Origin: Thermodesulfobacteriota bacterium
Lineage (GTDB): Bacteria > Desulfobacterota > Desulfarculia > JACQYL01
NCBI GenBank assembly: GCA_963675595.2
Contig: CAXXLZ010000001.1
Coordinates: 1,376,001-1,440,000 of the forward strand
DNA: 64,000 nt
Direction: 5' to 3'
Shown piece after piece: positions 20,258 to 30,516 of the stretch. The notes under the pieces were generated by a model. The model ran no database searches and had not been told where the DNA came from. It saw only the letters and a program-made list of their open reading frames with translations. A program made the translations under genes and the position numbers. Every line of letters starts with the position of its first letter. Position 1 is the stretch's first letter.

Positions 20258-21978
20258 ACGGCCGACTCGTGAGCCCCCTCTTTGGAGTGCTCGCTCGAAT
20301 TCTCGGGGGGCCTGACGGGAAGCACGATTTCCGCCTTGTTCCCCAAGTCCGTCAGCCGTGAATAAAGAAGATCGCCCCCATGGATGGCCAGAATCTTCCT
20401 GGCCATGGGAATGCCCAACCCGCTTCCGAAACTTCGCGTGGTCAGGATGGGATTCATGAGTTCCGCCATGGCCTCGGGGGGGAGCGGTTTGCCCGTATCC
20501 AGGATCATCAGTTTGACCTTACGCTCCCCGCCTTCGTACTCGCAAACCACCTTTACGGTACCGCCCTGGTCCATGCTTCGAGTGGAATTGGCGATAAACC
20601 GGAGGATTACTTGAGCGATGCCTTTGGCGTCCAACACCACCGAAGGAATCTCTGGATCCATTTCCACCTGCACAACGATCTTCTTCTCCTCGAATCGTTG
20701 TTTCAGCCGATCGAGTACCGCTCCGACGAGCTTGCGCAGGTCGTGCTCACGGAATTCGGGCACATAGGCACGACTGAACTGGTTCAGGTCTTCGAGCACC
20801 CTTTCCAGCCGCGCCGATTCACTGACGATGATGTCCAAGTACTTGCCGCTCTTTTCGTCTTGAGGGAGAGTCTTCGACAGTCGTCGCGCAAATCCGCTCA
20901 AAGCGGTGAGCGGGTTGCGAATCTCGTGGGCAACGGCCTGCAAGGCGGCCTCCACGGCCCGATCCCTCTCCTGCTGGACTGCTTCTTGCCCGGTAACCGG
21001 GGATTCTTCCTCGGGAACGTGATGTTCCAGGAACCATTGCACCTTTTCTTCAAGATAGCCGTTGAGCCGGGAAAGAGCCTGATTGGCCCTTTCCATGACC
21101 TCCAACAGGTCCAGAGCGGAACGCGCCTCGAGCTCCAGCGCGTGAGACAACTCGTCCACCTCGGACATTACCCCACAGAAAAGCTCTTCCACCGCGTGAG
21201 GTCCGAGGCCGAAATCCGACTGCACCGTTTGCTGGAAACGAAATAGTTCCTCGCTGCGTCCAAAGAGTATCTCCGCTCCGCTACGCGCGGTTTCGATGAC
21301 ACGGCAGAGAGCGGGGTCCTGCTCTTCGAAGGGAGCGTTGCAGTCCGGTCTTTGGGTTTCCACCAGGGCCTTGGGAAATCGCCATTTCCTCAGAATCAGA
21401 CGTCCGACCTCCCTGTGGTTGATCTTCAGATTGTCCTGCTCCCATTTCAGAAGCTCGGACTCCGGAACGGATTCGGAGGGATAACGGCTCTTCCACTCTT
21501 CCGGAAGGGTTCGAAAAAGCATCAGACGCCCGATCTCCAGTATGAGACCCGCCACAAAGGCCTCCTCCGGGTCGGGCTGTTTCCAGCCGGCGGCCTGCAC
21601 AAGTCTTCTGGCGAGCATACCCCGATACAGACTCATGCGCCAAAATCGTTCGTAGTCAAAAACGTGTTCGTTGGAAAACGGGAAAGTATGTCTCAAGGAA
21701 ATGGAGAGGGCGAGTATGCGTACTCGCTTCAGCCCCATGATGACCACGGCCTGGGAGAGAGTGGAAATGGGTTTGGCCGGGGCGAAATAGGGGCTGTTGA
21801 CCACCTTCAGGAAACGAGTGGTCAGAGAGGGGTCCTGCTGAATAACCCGGGCGATCTGATCCGCGGAAACCGTATCTTCGGATGCGGTTTCGATGAGCCT
21901 CACCGCCACAGGGGCCAGCGGCGGCAAAGCCTCCTCTTTCTGAATCCTTTCCAGAATTTCAATGCGCGGACCGGGCAT
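20254..21978 (-). CDS. HDOD-domain sensor histidine kinase
   Basis: LPPL..DPSLT..VNSPYF HDOD; AHEIRNPL H-box; DTG..GSGLG G-boxes. Confidence 0.9.
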   Translation of the reverse strand: MPGPRIEILERIQKEEALPPLAPVAVRLIETASEDTVSADQIARVIQQDPSLTTRFLKVVNSPYFAPAKPISTLSQAVVIMGLKRVRILALSISLRHTFPFSNEHVFDYERFWRMSLYRGMLARRLVQAAGWKQPDPEEAFVAGLILEIGRLMLFRTLPEEWKSRYPSESVPESELLKWEQDNLKINHREVGRLILRKWRFPKALVETQRPDCNAPFEEQDPALCRVIETARSGAEILFGRSEELFRFQQTVQSDFGLGPHAVEELFCGVMSEVDELSHALELEARSALDLLEVMERANQALSRLNGYLEEKVQWFLEHHVPEEESPVTGQEAVQQERDRAVEAALQAVAHEIRNPLTALSGFARRLSKTLPQDEKSGKYLDIIVSESARLERVLEDLNQFSRAYVPEFREHDLRKLVGAVLDRLKQRFEEKKIVVQVEMDPEIPSVVLDAKGIAQVILRFIANSTRSMDQGGTVKVVCEYEGGERKVKLMILDTGKPLPPEAMAELMNPILTTRSFGSGLGIPMARKILAIHGGDLLYSRLTDLGNKAEIVLPVRPPENSSEHSKEGAHESAV

Positions 21979-22147
21979 ATCCTCCTCGCTGGAGGAAGAA
22001 TTCCAACACGCGGGAAATCCGCGTAAGGGTGCTGCTGGTCTGTTGTGCAGAGATTCGGGAGTGCTCGCAGCGAAAAGCCCCTGGGAGCTTTTCCGGCATC
22101 ACCCGCTCAAAAGGTCGGAGTGATCCTTCTTGCCGTTCTTCTACCCC

Positions 22148-22230
22148 GACGCTCCGCCGAAGGCGGTGCGGCTCTGCTGAAAAGTTTTGGAGGGGGGCCG
22201 GGGGGGCTTTTTCAAAAGAACCCCCCGGTG
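22148..22230 (+). repeat. Intergenic palindromic repeat, copy 1
   Basis: CTCCGCCGAAGGCGGTG hairpin then G-run/TTTTTCAAAAG/C-run hairpin; similar to reverse complement of 26011-26100. Confidence 0.6.
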
Positions 22231-22252
22231 TCGATTCAGAAAAAACGTCCCG

Positions 22253-24889
22253 TCAAAGACTCTCTTCCACGGCAGTATACACCCCGTCGAGGGCTTCGGC
22301 CAAGCGTTCCCCTTGGGGCCCGCCGGCCTGGGCCATGTCGGGTCGTCCGCCGCCTTTACCGCCCACCTTGGCGACGACCTTGCCGATGATCTTGCCCGCA
22401 TGCAGGCGGTCGGTGAGGTCTTTGGTCACCAGCGCCAGGAGAATCGCCTTGCCGTCGCTTACGGCGCCCAAAACCGCCACGCCGCTCTTCAGGCGATCCC
22501 GAACCCGGTCGCCCAGGTCCCTGAGTTCCTTGGGGTCGGACAATTCCACCTGTGCGCCCACCACGGGGATGCCGTTCACCTTCTTGACCTGCTGAAGAAC
22601 TTCACCCAGAACGTCCACCGCCCCGCCCATGCGTGCCGCGTGGAGGTCCTTTTCCAGTTTCTTCTGGTTGGCCAAAAGCTTTTCGATTCTCGATTTCAGC
22701 TCTTCCGGCCGTGCTTTGACCAGGGAAGCGGCCTCACGTAGATCGTGTTCCATGCGCCGCACCACCAGCAGTGCGTCGCTGCCGGTAACCGCTTCGATCC
22801 TGCGGACTCCGGCGGCCACGCTGCTTTCGGACAGAATCTTGAAGAAGCCGATCTCTCCCGTACGCCGCACATGGGTACCCCCACACAGCTCCACACTGGC
22901 CTCACCCACGGTCACCATGCGAACCCGATCACCGTAACGTTCTTCGAACAGCGCCATGGCGCCGCTTTCGACCGCCTGCTCCATGTCCGTTTCCACGGTG
23001 GTCACGGGATCGTCCTTGCGTATCCCCTCGTTCACCAAGTCTTCCACCGCTTCCAGCACTTTGTTGTCCAAAGCTTCAAAATGGGCGAAGTCGAACCGCA
23101 GCCGTTCCGGGGATACCAGGGAGCCGGCCTGCTTCACGTGGTCCCCCACCAGGGAACGCAACGCCGAGTGAAGCAAATGGGTGGCCGTATGATTTCGTGC
23201 GGTGCGCATACGCCGTTCGGAATCGGTCACCGCTTCCACCGAGTCTCCCTTATGGATTTCGCCCTTGTCCACCCGGCCCCTGTGAACGATGAGCTGTCCG
23301 GCGTGCTTGGAGGAATCCAGAATCTCGATCTCCACTTGGGAGGATCGAATCATGCCCCGGTCTCCCACCTGGCCTCCGGCCTCGCCGTAAAGCGGGGTAC
23401 GATCCAGCAGGATTTCCACCTCATCCCCGGCGGACGCCCGCTCCACCGCTTTGCCGTCCATGACCAGGGCCTCCACTCGGGCCGAGCAGGCTCCGTGATC
23501 GTATCCCACGAACTCCGTGGCGACGCCTTGTCCGAGCAGGGCCCGATACACTTCGGGAATTTCCAGCTCCCCGCTCCCCTTCCAGGACTTTCTGGACATT
23601 TCCCGCTGTTTTTCCATGGCGGCGTGAAAGGCGTCCATATCCACGGAAAAGCCCTCTTCCCGCCCCACGTCGTTGAGTACGTCCAGAGGAAAACCAAAAG
23701 TATCGTACAAACGGAAGGCCACGTCTCCGGCCAGCACTTTGGCCTCTCCCTGAAGTTTGGCGATTTCGCCGTAGAGCAGGCTCAGGCCGTTTTCCAGGGT
23801 CTGAAAGAAGCGTTTCTCCTCCCCCTGGACTATTTTGGACACGAACTCCTTGGACGGAAGCAGCTCGGGATAGGCCCCGGACATGGAATCCATCACGGCC
23901 ATGGCGATGTCGGACAGGAAAGGATCGTGCATGCCCAGCTTGCTGCCGAAACGAATGGCGCGGCGCATGATCCTGCGGAGTACGTAGCCTCGCCCCTCAT
24001 TGGACGGCAGGATCCCGTCGGAAATGAGAAAGGCCGTGGCCCGGGCGTGATCCGCGATCACGCGGAAACAAATGTCTTCCTTGTGGTCGGCCCCGTAGGT
24101 TCTGCCCGAACGCTCCCCAATGGCCTGCATGATGTGGGAAAACAGGTCCGAATCGAAATTCGTGCGTTTGCCTTGAAGCACCGCGGTAAGGCGTTCGAGA
24201 CCCAGGCCCGTGTCGATGCTCGGCTTGGGCAGAGGGGTCAGTTTCCCGGTTTCATCCCGGTTGAACTGCATAAAGACCAGGTTCCACAGCTCGAGGTAGC
24301 GGTCGCAGTCGCATCCCGGCGCGCAATCCGGGCGGTCGCATCCCATCTCCGGTCCCTGGTCGATGAGCACTTCCGAGCAAGGTCCGCAGGGGCCGGTGTC
24401 CCCCATGGCCCAGAAGTTGTCCTCATCCCCCAGACGGCTTACTCGTTCTTCAGGAAGTCCCACCACCGTGCGCCACAGGTCGAAAGCCTCGTCGTCGTCG
24501 CGATACACCGTGGCGTAAAGCTTGTCCGCAGGCAGGCCGTAGCCTTCGGTGAGCAGCTCCCAGGCCATCTGAATGGCGTCCCGCTTGAAATAGTCGCCAA
24601 AGCTGAAATTGCCCAGCATCTCGAAAAACGTGTGGTGACGCGCGGTAAATCCCACGTTGTCCAGATCGTTGTGTTTACCCCCGGCTCGAACGCACTTCTG
24701 AGAAGAAGCGGCGCGGGGATAGTCGCGCTGTTCATCCCCGGTGAATACCCTTTTGAACTGGACCATGCCGGCATTGGTGAACAGCAGGGACGGGTCGTCC
24801 TTGGGAAGCAGCGGGGAGCTTTTCACCACGCGATGGCCGTGCTCTTCAAAGTACTTCAGGAATCGGGATCGGATTTCACTTCCGGTCAT
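22253..24889 (-). CDS. alaS: Alanine--tRNA ligase
   Basis: [71 protein letters not shown]. Confidence 0.98.
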   Translation of the reverse strand: MTGSEIRSRFLKYFEEHGHRVVKSSPLLPKDDPSLLFTNAGMVQFKRVFTGDEQRDYPRAASSQKCVRAGGKHNDLDNVGFTARHHTFFEMLGNFSFGDYFKRDAIQMAWELLTEGYGLPADKLYATVYRDDDEAFDLWRTVVGLPEERVSRLGDEDNFWAMGDTGPCGPCSEVLIDQGPEMGCDRPDCAPGCDCDRYLELWNLVFMQFNRDETGKLTPLPKPSIDTGLGLERLTAVLQGKRTNFDSDLFSHIMQAIGERSGRTYGADHKEDICFRVIADHARATAFLISDGILPSNEGRGYVLRRIMRRAIRFGSKLGMHDPFLSDIAMAVMDSMSGAYPELLPSKEFVSKIVQGEEKRFFQTLENGLSLLYGEIAKLQGEAKVLAGDVAFRLYDTFGFPLDVLNDVGREEGFSVDMDAFHAAMEKQREMSRKSWKGSGELEIPEVYRALLGQGVATEFVGYDHGACSARVEALVMDGKAVERASAGDEVEILLDRTPLYGEAGGQVGDRGMIRSSQVEIEILDSSKHAGQLIVHRGRVDKGEIHKGDSVEAVTDSERRMRTARNHTATHLLHSALRSLVGDHVKQAGSLVSPERLRFDFAHFEALDNKVLEAVEDLVNEGIRKDDPVTTVETDMEQAVESGAMALFEERYGDRVRMVTVGEASVELCGGTHVRRTGEIGFFKILSESSVAAGVRRIEAVTGSDALLVVRRMEHDLREAASLVKARPEELKSRIEKLLANQKKLEKDLHAARMGGAVDVLGEVLQQVKKVNGIPVVGAQVELSDPKELRDLGDRVRDRLKSGVAVLGAVSDGKAILLALVTKDLTDRLHAGKIIGKVVAKVGGKGGGRPDMAQAGGPQGERLAEALDGVYTAVEESL

Positions 24890-25935
24890 AGAGCTTCCTC
24901 GTCGGCAAATTCGGATGATTCGGGAGCCGGGCCCAACTGCTCGACCCCGGCTTGGGTCAATATCTTGGATTCAATGTCCTTCATCATGTCGGGATTCTGT
25001 TCCAGTACGGCCTTGGCCGTTTCGCGCCCCTGACCCAGGCGCTCTCCCGCGTAAGAATACCACGATCCGCTCTTTTCGATAATGTTTAATCCCACGCCCA
25101 AGTCCAAAACGTCTCCGCTTCTGGAAATGCCCTTGCCGTACATGATGTCGAATTCCGCTTCCTTGAAGGGCGGAGCGATCTTATTCTTCACCACCTTCAC
25201 CCGGGTACGGTTGCCCACCACGTCCTGACCGTCCTTGATGGGGCCTCGAGACCGAATGTCCAACCGCACGGAGGAGTAGAACTTCAACGCATTGCCCCCG
25301 GTGGTGGTTTCCGGATTGCCGAACATGATGCCGATCTTGTGCCGAATCTGGTTGATGAAGATCACCGCGGTCTGGGACTTGGAGATGATGGCGGTGAGCT
25401 TTCGCAGGGCCTGGCTCATCAAACGGGCCTGCAGGCCCATGTGGGAGTCGCCCATCTCACCGTCGATTTCGGCCTTGGGCACCAGAGCGGCCACGGAGTC
25501 CACCACGATAATGCCCAACGCGCCGCTGCGCACCAGAATTTCCGTGATCTCCAAAGCCTGCTCCCCGTAATCCGGCTGGGACACCAGCAGGTCGTCGGTC
25601 TTGACCCCGAGCTTGCGCGCATAAGACACGTCCAGCGCGTGTTCCGCATCCACAAAAGCGGCCACGCCGCCCAACTTCTGGGCTTCGGCGATGACGTGCA
25701 GCGCCAGGGTGGTCTTGCCCGAGGACTCCGGACCGTAGATTTCGGTCACCCGGCCCCTGGGAATGCCTCCCACCCCCGTGGCGATGTCCAACGCCAGGGA
25801 CCCCGTGGAAATGGCCTGAACATCCTGGACCACGCCGTCGGCACCCAATTTCATGATGGAGCCCTTGCCGAACTGCCGTTCGATCTGGCTCACGGCGACG
25901 TCGATGACCCGCTCCCGATCCTGTGTGGCGGCCAT
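24886..25935 (-). CDS. recA: Recombinase A
   Basis: [52 protein letters not shown]. Confidence 0.99.
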   Translation of the reverse strand: MAATQDRERVIDVAVSQIERQFGKGSIMKLGADGVVQDVQAISTGSLALDIATGVGGIPRGRVTEIYGPESSGKTTLALHVIAEAQKLGGVAAFVDAEHALDVSYARKLGVKTDDLLVSQPDYGEQALEITEILVRSGALGIIVVDSVAALVPKAEIDGEMGDSHMGLQARLMSQALRKLTAIISKSQTAVIFINQIRHKIGIMFGNPETTTGGNALKFYSSVRLDIRSRGPIKDGQDVVGNRTRVKVVKNKIAPPFKEAEFDIMYGKGISRSGDVLDLGVGLNIIEKSGSWYSYAGERLGQGRETAKAVLEQNPDMMKDIESKILTQAGVEQLGPAPESSEFADEEAL

Positions 25936-26010
25936 GTGTCCTCCTTGCCCGCGAAAATATCTCTTGAGGATGATTGTCGGGGAAATTTTTGTACAATGAA
26001 CGGATTATCT

Positions 26011-26100
26011 TCCACGGGGGAAAACTTTCGAGAAAGTCTTCCCCCGGACCCCTTTTCAAAGCTCGTTGAGCGGCCCTCACCGCCTTTGGCGGAGAGGGTC
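26011..26100 (-). repeat. Intergenic palindromic repeat, copy 2 (inverted)
   Basis: Minus strand CTCCGCCAAAGGCGGTG..GGGGTCCGGGGGAAGACTTTCTCGAAAGTTTTCCCCCG. Confidence 0.6.
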
Positions 26101-26411
26101 ACCCAGTCCGAACGTCCGATATTCGAAAGCCGTCACCATCCACGAGGTAGTGGCCGTTTATTCCTCTAATTGCGGCGCCGTCTCCACCTCGGAATCCGGA
26201 TCGAGCCGGGAAAAACGGCTCCCGCAATCTCTTTCGATTGCCTGTGAATACACGTTTCCTACAGATTCAATTACCACGAGGAGCACGGAAAAACAAGTAC
26301 GGGAAACAACAGGTTGGACAAGGCGGGGAATGTGCGGAATGCAGTTGACGGGCGCTTCCCAAGGGTGGTATGTGAGCGACTTGAGGGGTCGCCCCCTCGC
26401 CCTTCCTCAGC

Positions 26412-26488
26412 GCGCCCGTAGCTCAGTTGGATAGAGCGTCGGACTTCGAATCCGCAGGTCGCACGTTCGAGTCGTGCCGGGCGCGCCA
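26412..26488 (+). tRNA. tRNA-Arg, anticodon TCG
   Basis: Acceptor GCGCCCG/CGGGCGC, D arm AGCTCAGTTGGATAGAGC, anticodon loop CT-TCG-AA, T arm GCACGTTCGAGTCGTGC, encoded CCA. Confidence 0.95.
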
Positions 26489-26501
26489 AAAAAGATCAGT
26501 A

Positions 26502-27614
26502 TTAATGAAGGGTTAGATCGCTGCGATCTGATCCTTTGCTTTTTGTGGCGCTGACTGTGTGAGAGTCCGTGTGAGACTTTTCTCTCGCTCTTTCAAAAAC
26601 CACCATGGCCAAACGTTCGGCTTCTCCCAAGGTGTGCAGATATATCTCCGTGGTGCTTCTGTTCTCATGGCCCAGGATCTTCTGAATCGCTGTAATGGGC
26701 ACGTTGTTGTTTTCCAACAAGGATGCTCCTGCGTGCCGGATCGCATGAAAACGGAAATACTTCACTCCCGCTTTTCTGCAGAGCGTCCGCATAATTCGTT
26801 TTCTTTCTATGAAGGGGCCTTCCTTCCACTCTCCGGTCTTGCTGGAACAGTACCTGTGCCAGAATATCCAGGGCTTCGTCGGATCCCGTTCGTCAAATCT
26901 TCTCTTCAAGGTTTCTCGAAGTAGGGACGTCATAGAGACATGTCTAGGAGTGAGATGCCCGCCTTTCTTCTTCCTTGTGTAAAGAACGATTTGATTGCTT
27001 CTGAAATCAACGTCATCCCAGGTCAGCCGATTGATTTCACTGGTTCTGCCAAGGGTTTCCTGGAGCACGGTCAAATAATCCTTCGTATCCCGGTCTGCGA
27101 TTGAGATCACTTTCCAAATGTCCTCAAGAGGTGGGACATACTTGATTCTTTTCTCCACAGGAAAGAAATCGATCCCGTCCAAGGGATTCGAGTTCACGAG
27201 CCCCATCTTCAGACCGTAATTGAAAGTGGCCCGAAGATACCGTATCTCCTTGTTTGCCGTGTAACTAGAGACTTTTCTTCGTTTTCTCACAAATTCAAGG
27301 ATCATAGGACGATTGACGATTCTGCACGGAAGGTTTTGCCACTCTTTGACCCATCGCCTGGCCATGTACCAGTATTCTTTATAGTGACGTTCGGATCGTC
27401 CGAGTCTGATGTGATCCAAATGCTCGTTAAGCAGGTCAAAGAAGGTTATGTCTGTCGTTTGAGCGGTCTCTTCGGGATTGAGTATCTCCTCCCTTCTTCT
27501 TGCCTCCGCCTGGGCTGCTTCTCTTTTCGTTTTGAACCAGGCTTCCGTATGCCGTTGTCGGTTCAGAGTGAAGTCGTACCTCCACCCTTTCCCCTTTTTG
27601 AAATAAACGCTCAT
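26502..27614 (-). CDS. Tyrosine integrase
   Basis: TLGRTSEI (R), [10 protein letters not shown] (HxxR), [13 protein letters not shown] (H, Y); N-terminal arm-binding-like segment. Confidence 0.95.
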   Translation of the reverse strand: MSVYFKKGKGWRYDFTLNRQRHTEAWFKTKREAAQAEARRREEILNPEETAQTTDITFFDLLNEHLDHIRLGRSERHYKEYWYMARRWVKEWQNLPCRIVNRPMILEFVRKRRKVSSYTANKEIRYLRATFNYGLKMGLVNSNPLDGIDFFPVEKRIKYVPPLEDIWKVISIADRDTKDYLTVLQETLGRTSEINRLTWDDVDFRSNQIVLYTRKKKGGHLTPRHVSMTSLLRETLKRRFDERDPTKPWIFWHRYCSSKTGEWKEGPFIERKRIMRTLCRKAGVKYFRFHAIRHAGASLLENNNVPITAIQKILGHENRSTTEIYLHTLGEAERLAMVVFERAREKSHTDSHTVSATKSKGSDRSDLTLH

Positions 27615-27759
27615 AGAGGTCCTCCTTACTTGGAAACAGGAGCGATCCCCCGAGCTTCACACCGCCGAGTTCCTTGAAGTGAAGATAGACCCAACTCCGG
27701 CTCTTCTTCAGAAACCTGGCGACTTCCTCAGGGGTTTGGATTAGAGGACTCTCGGACAT
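27436..27759 (-). CDS. Excisionase-like HTH protein overlapping the integrase
   Basis: TPEEVARFLKKSRSWVY..GGVKLGGSLLF HTH_17-like pattern; GAGGTG SD. Confidence 0.7.
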   Translation of the reverse strand: MSESPLIQTPEEVARFLKKSRSWVYLHFKELGGVKLGGSLLFPSKEDLYERLFQKGERVEVRLHSEPTTAYGSLVQNEKRSSPGGGKKKGGDTQSRRDRSNDRHNLL

Positions 27760-27836
27760 AAGTCAACACCTCGAACAGGATTGCATTCAAAAGCCGGCTT
27801 CATCCCACGAAAACCACATAACTTGTTGGGATCAGT

Positions 27837-28070
27837 TTACTTCCTCAAGAGCTTCATCACGCCGACAACAATAATCCCGATGACCGCAAGCTTTACCACC
27901 GAAGTGACCGGATCACCGGAATGATGAGCTCCCCGACTTCCAACATCCCAGGCAGTCTTCATCGCATCACCGAACTCGGACACCGTACCGGCAACAGTCG
28001 AGAGAATCGACGGCAGGTACACGGCAAGAAGAACGATCACGATCGCAAGGAATACGTTCCGCCATTCCAT
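27837..28070 (-). CDS. Small two-TM membrane protein
   Basis: Two hydrophobic segments; GAGGTGA SD. Confidence 0.65.
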   Translation of the reverse strand: MEWRNVFLAIVIVLLAVYLPSILSTVAGTVSEFGDAMKTAWDVGSRGAHHSGDPVTSVVKLAVIGIIVVGVMKLLRK

Positions 28071-28098
28071 ATGGGATCACCTCTCTTGAAAGGGTTTC

Positions 28099-28437
28099 AT
28101 GAAGAAAGTGTCCGCTGAACCTGAAATGTGTTCCTTTTTCTCCCTGCCGGAGAACTGCACTTCCTTTTCCACCGGCGCTTCGAACCTCTCCATCGATTGG
28201 CATGCGATCTCCTACCAAAGCCGCTACGCAGACAGCTTCGGCGAAGTGAAATCGAAATCCTACGCTGTCCAAATCCCGGCCTGGTACCGGGAACTGATCG
28301 ATGACAACGTGATGAGGACCGACAAAATAGGCCCCATCGCTGGAACGCTTGCAGGCCTGACCCTCGTTTCCGCCATCCTCACCATCGCGGGCCTTGCCTG
28401 GAGAAATGCCAGAAGAGAAACACGGTTTCCTCGTTAG
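28099..28437 (+). CDS. Hypothetical protein with C-terminal TM anchor
   Basis: C-terminal hydrophobic helix followed by a basic tail. Confidence 0.4.
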   Translation: MKKVSAEPEMCSFFSLPENCTSFSTGASNLSIDWHAISYQSRYADSFGEVKSKSYAVQIPAWYRELIDDNVMRTDKIGPIAGTLAGLTLVSAILTIAGLAWRNARRETRFPR

Positions 28438-28496
28438 CAGGCCTTGATCATAGGAAGACCCTATCTCCCTTTCCCGGCGGTCATCTCCACCGACAT

Positions 28497-28512
28497 CCGA
28501 AAACTATTTATA
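28497..28512 (+). promoter_or_regulatory. Archaeal-type BRE-TATA motif
   Basis: CCGAAAACTATTTATA; ATG 24 nt after TTTATA, no SD; identical 16-mer at 45506-45521 (minus). Confidence 0.65.
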
Positions 28513-28535
28513 CCCGCGCTTCCCGATCATCCAAT

Positions 28536-29708
28536 ATGGCCGGCGGCGCATTCGATGAAGTCTGGGAACTCCTTTCAGTATTCGATATCCCGTACATCTA
28601 TGACCGCTACGCTGTGGGAGTCGATTTCGTCCTCGCTTTTCTCTTCTTCCTGGGAGTCAGCCAGGTCACTCTCGGCAAGCGTTTCACAGGCAAAGGCGGG
28701 AGCCTTCTCACTGTCGCTGTATCGCTTCTCTTGTCTGTAGGATTATCTGTCGCTGAATCACGGCTCAGGTTCAGCCTCGCTTCCTTCGGCCCGATCGCAA
28801 TCTTCTTCCTTCTTTTCATCGTTGGCTTAGTGCTGTATCAACTCGCCCGGCACCTGGGATTCCATGCATCGACTGCTTTGTCCCTCGTGTTCGTTATGAC
28901 CTATTTCTCGATCCAGGCAGTGTCGCCGTCCATCATGGACTTCGTTCACCAAAGAGCGCCCTGGCTCAGGACCACGCTGTTCTGTGTCTTCGTGTTCGCT
29001 GCTGGAAAGCTCCTCTATTCGATCTTTCATACGATCTTTTCGAAAAGCTCAATCACGTCCCTCGCATCCAAGATTGAAGCAAACCCTGAATTCACCCGAC
29101 AGATTGAGCGGGATGTCGAATTCGAGGAACATGAGAACAAATCCTCGAAGAAACAGGAAAAACTCTCCAAGAAAAGCCGGGGAGATTCGGAAGATATTCT
29201 CCAACGCATAGTATCGGTCCTCAGGATTCTTGAAACAGAAGGAGTAACGCCTTTCGCGGGAAAGAAGATCGCGGACAAATTGGTCTCCATCGCGGATTCA
29301 GAACACCAAATCGAAAAGCGAATGAAACAGCTCGAGTCCGCCAACGCCGATCTCAAGCGAGTCGATGCCGACCATCTCACCCAACTCAGAGACCGGATGA
29401 GCAGAGCCCAGGGCAAGGAAAAGGAAAGGCTTCAAAGGGAAATCGAACTGGAGAGCGAAAAACTCCGACTTCACCAAGCGGTCGAAACCCTCGGCCAACG
29501 GATTGACGCTTTGATGGAGGAGTTCAAGGCCTCTCTCCGATCAGCAGCCGAACTTATCGCGCGGTCAGCCTATCCTCTGGATGCCCGGCCATACTTGCAG
29601 CGGGCAATCCAGATCGATGAGGAGGTTCGGCGGGAGCTTGACGTGATTCAAGATTTTGAGGATAAGATAGGCAAATTCGCGCGCGAGGCGAAGAAAAGCG
29701 CCAAGTAA
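28536..29708 (+). CDS. Membrane protein: about 5 N-terminal TM helices plus long charged coiled coil
   Basis: Hydrophobic first ~165 aa, then E/K/R-rich helical region. Confidence 0.8.
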   Translation: MAGGAFDEVWELLSVFDIPYIYDRYAVGVDFVLAFLFFLGVSQVTLGKRFTGKGGSLLTVAVSLLLSVGLSVAESRLRFSLASFGPIAIFFLLFIVGLVLYQLARHLGFHASTALSLVFVMTYFSIQAVSPSIMDFVHQRAPWLRTTLFCVFVFAAGKLLYSIFHTIFSKSSITSLASKIEANPEFTRQIERDVEFEEHENKSSKKQEKLSKKSRGDSEDILQRIVSVLRILETEGVTPFAGKKIADKLVSIADSEHQIEKRMKQLESANADLKRVDADHLTQLRDRMSRAQGKEKERLQREIELESEKLRLHQAVETLGQRIDALMEEFKASLRSAAELIARSAYPLDARPYLQRAIQIDEEVRRELDVIQDFEDKIGKFAREAKKSAK

Positions 29709-30516
29709 GGGATGATTTGACCTTTAGGCAATCAGGATATCGAAAGGCATTCAACGTGTTCTTAAGCCATCATTGGAAGCATATACCCATGAATAGACGG
29801 GATGTGTCTCTTTCGTGTTCAACCTAACCAATCTAAGCAAAATCATGCAAAAGAGTCATTTGCCTTCAAACTGCACCGTGTTAAAATAATTTTCCGATTC
29901 AAGTATTCTCATGCCTTAGCCTTCGTTATCCCGAAAACCGTGCGATTCCGTGGAAATCGTGCTCATGAAGGTAGATTCTCAGCCAAATCGGATACAAGAA
30001 ATAGGCTTCTCGACGAGAGCGGATTTGCGATTGGTCCCGAATTTTAGGAAGGCAAAAGACTTTACATTTCAAGGCGGCTTGAGATCGTTGTCTCGGCACC
30101 CATTTGTCGACGAGAAACAACAGATCTGAGCATTTTGTCTTGGGAGAAGAAGATGCAGTACGGTCTGCAATGGTGACGAATAGCAGACTATTTTGCTCGA
30201 TTATAGGCAAGGCCGCCGATCGATGGCGCGCTTTCTGTGCAATATCGGGCCCTCCCCGCCCCTCGTAATTACCACATTTCCCGTGAAATAAATCTGTTCT
30301 TGAATCTGGCCCGCAAGCTGTACATAATTTGCAGTGCAGAGATTTTTACGACTGCCACACCTGATGAGCTCAAATGTAACATTCCTGAAAATGTCGAGAT
30401 CAAATCGCTTTAGGGCAAGAGGGAAAAAGCCTAACTCGGGAAGATTCCGTTTCATAGTGTCCGCATTGCGCACCGAATGGGTTAATTCCAACTTTGACCA
30501 TTAAGGGAGAAGGATA

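Noticed and set aside
22745-25033. 762-aa ORF and other long antisense ORFs over glyS, smc, kaiC and the AAA gene
   Set aside because: Shadow frames of GC-rich genes with no motifs
29780-30210. Interrupted plus-strand frame (..LLDESGFAIGPEF*EGKRLY..) suggesting a pseudogene
   Set aside because: No family recognisable by eye
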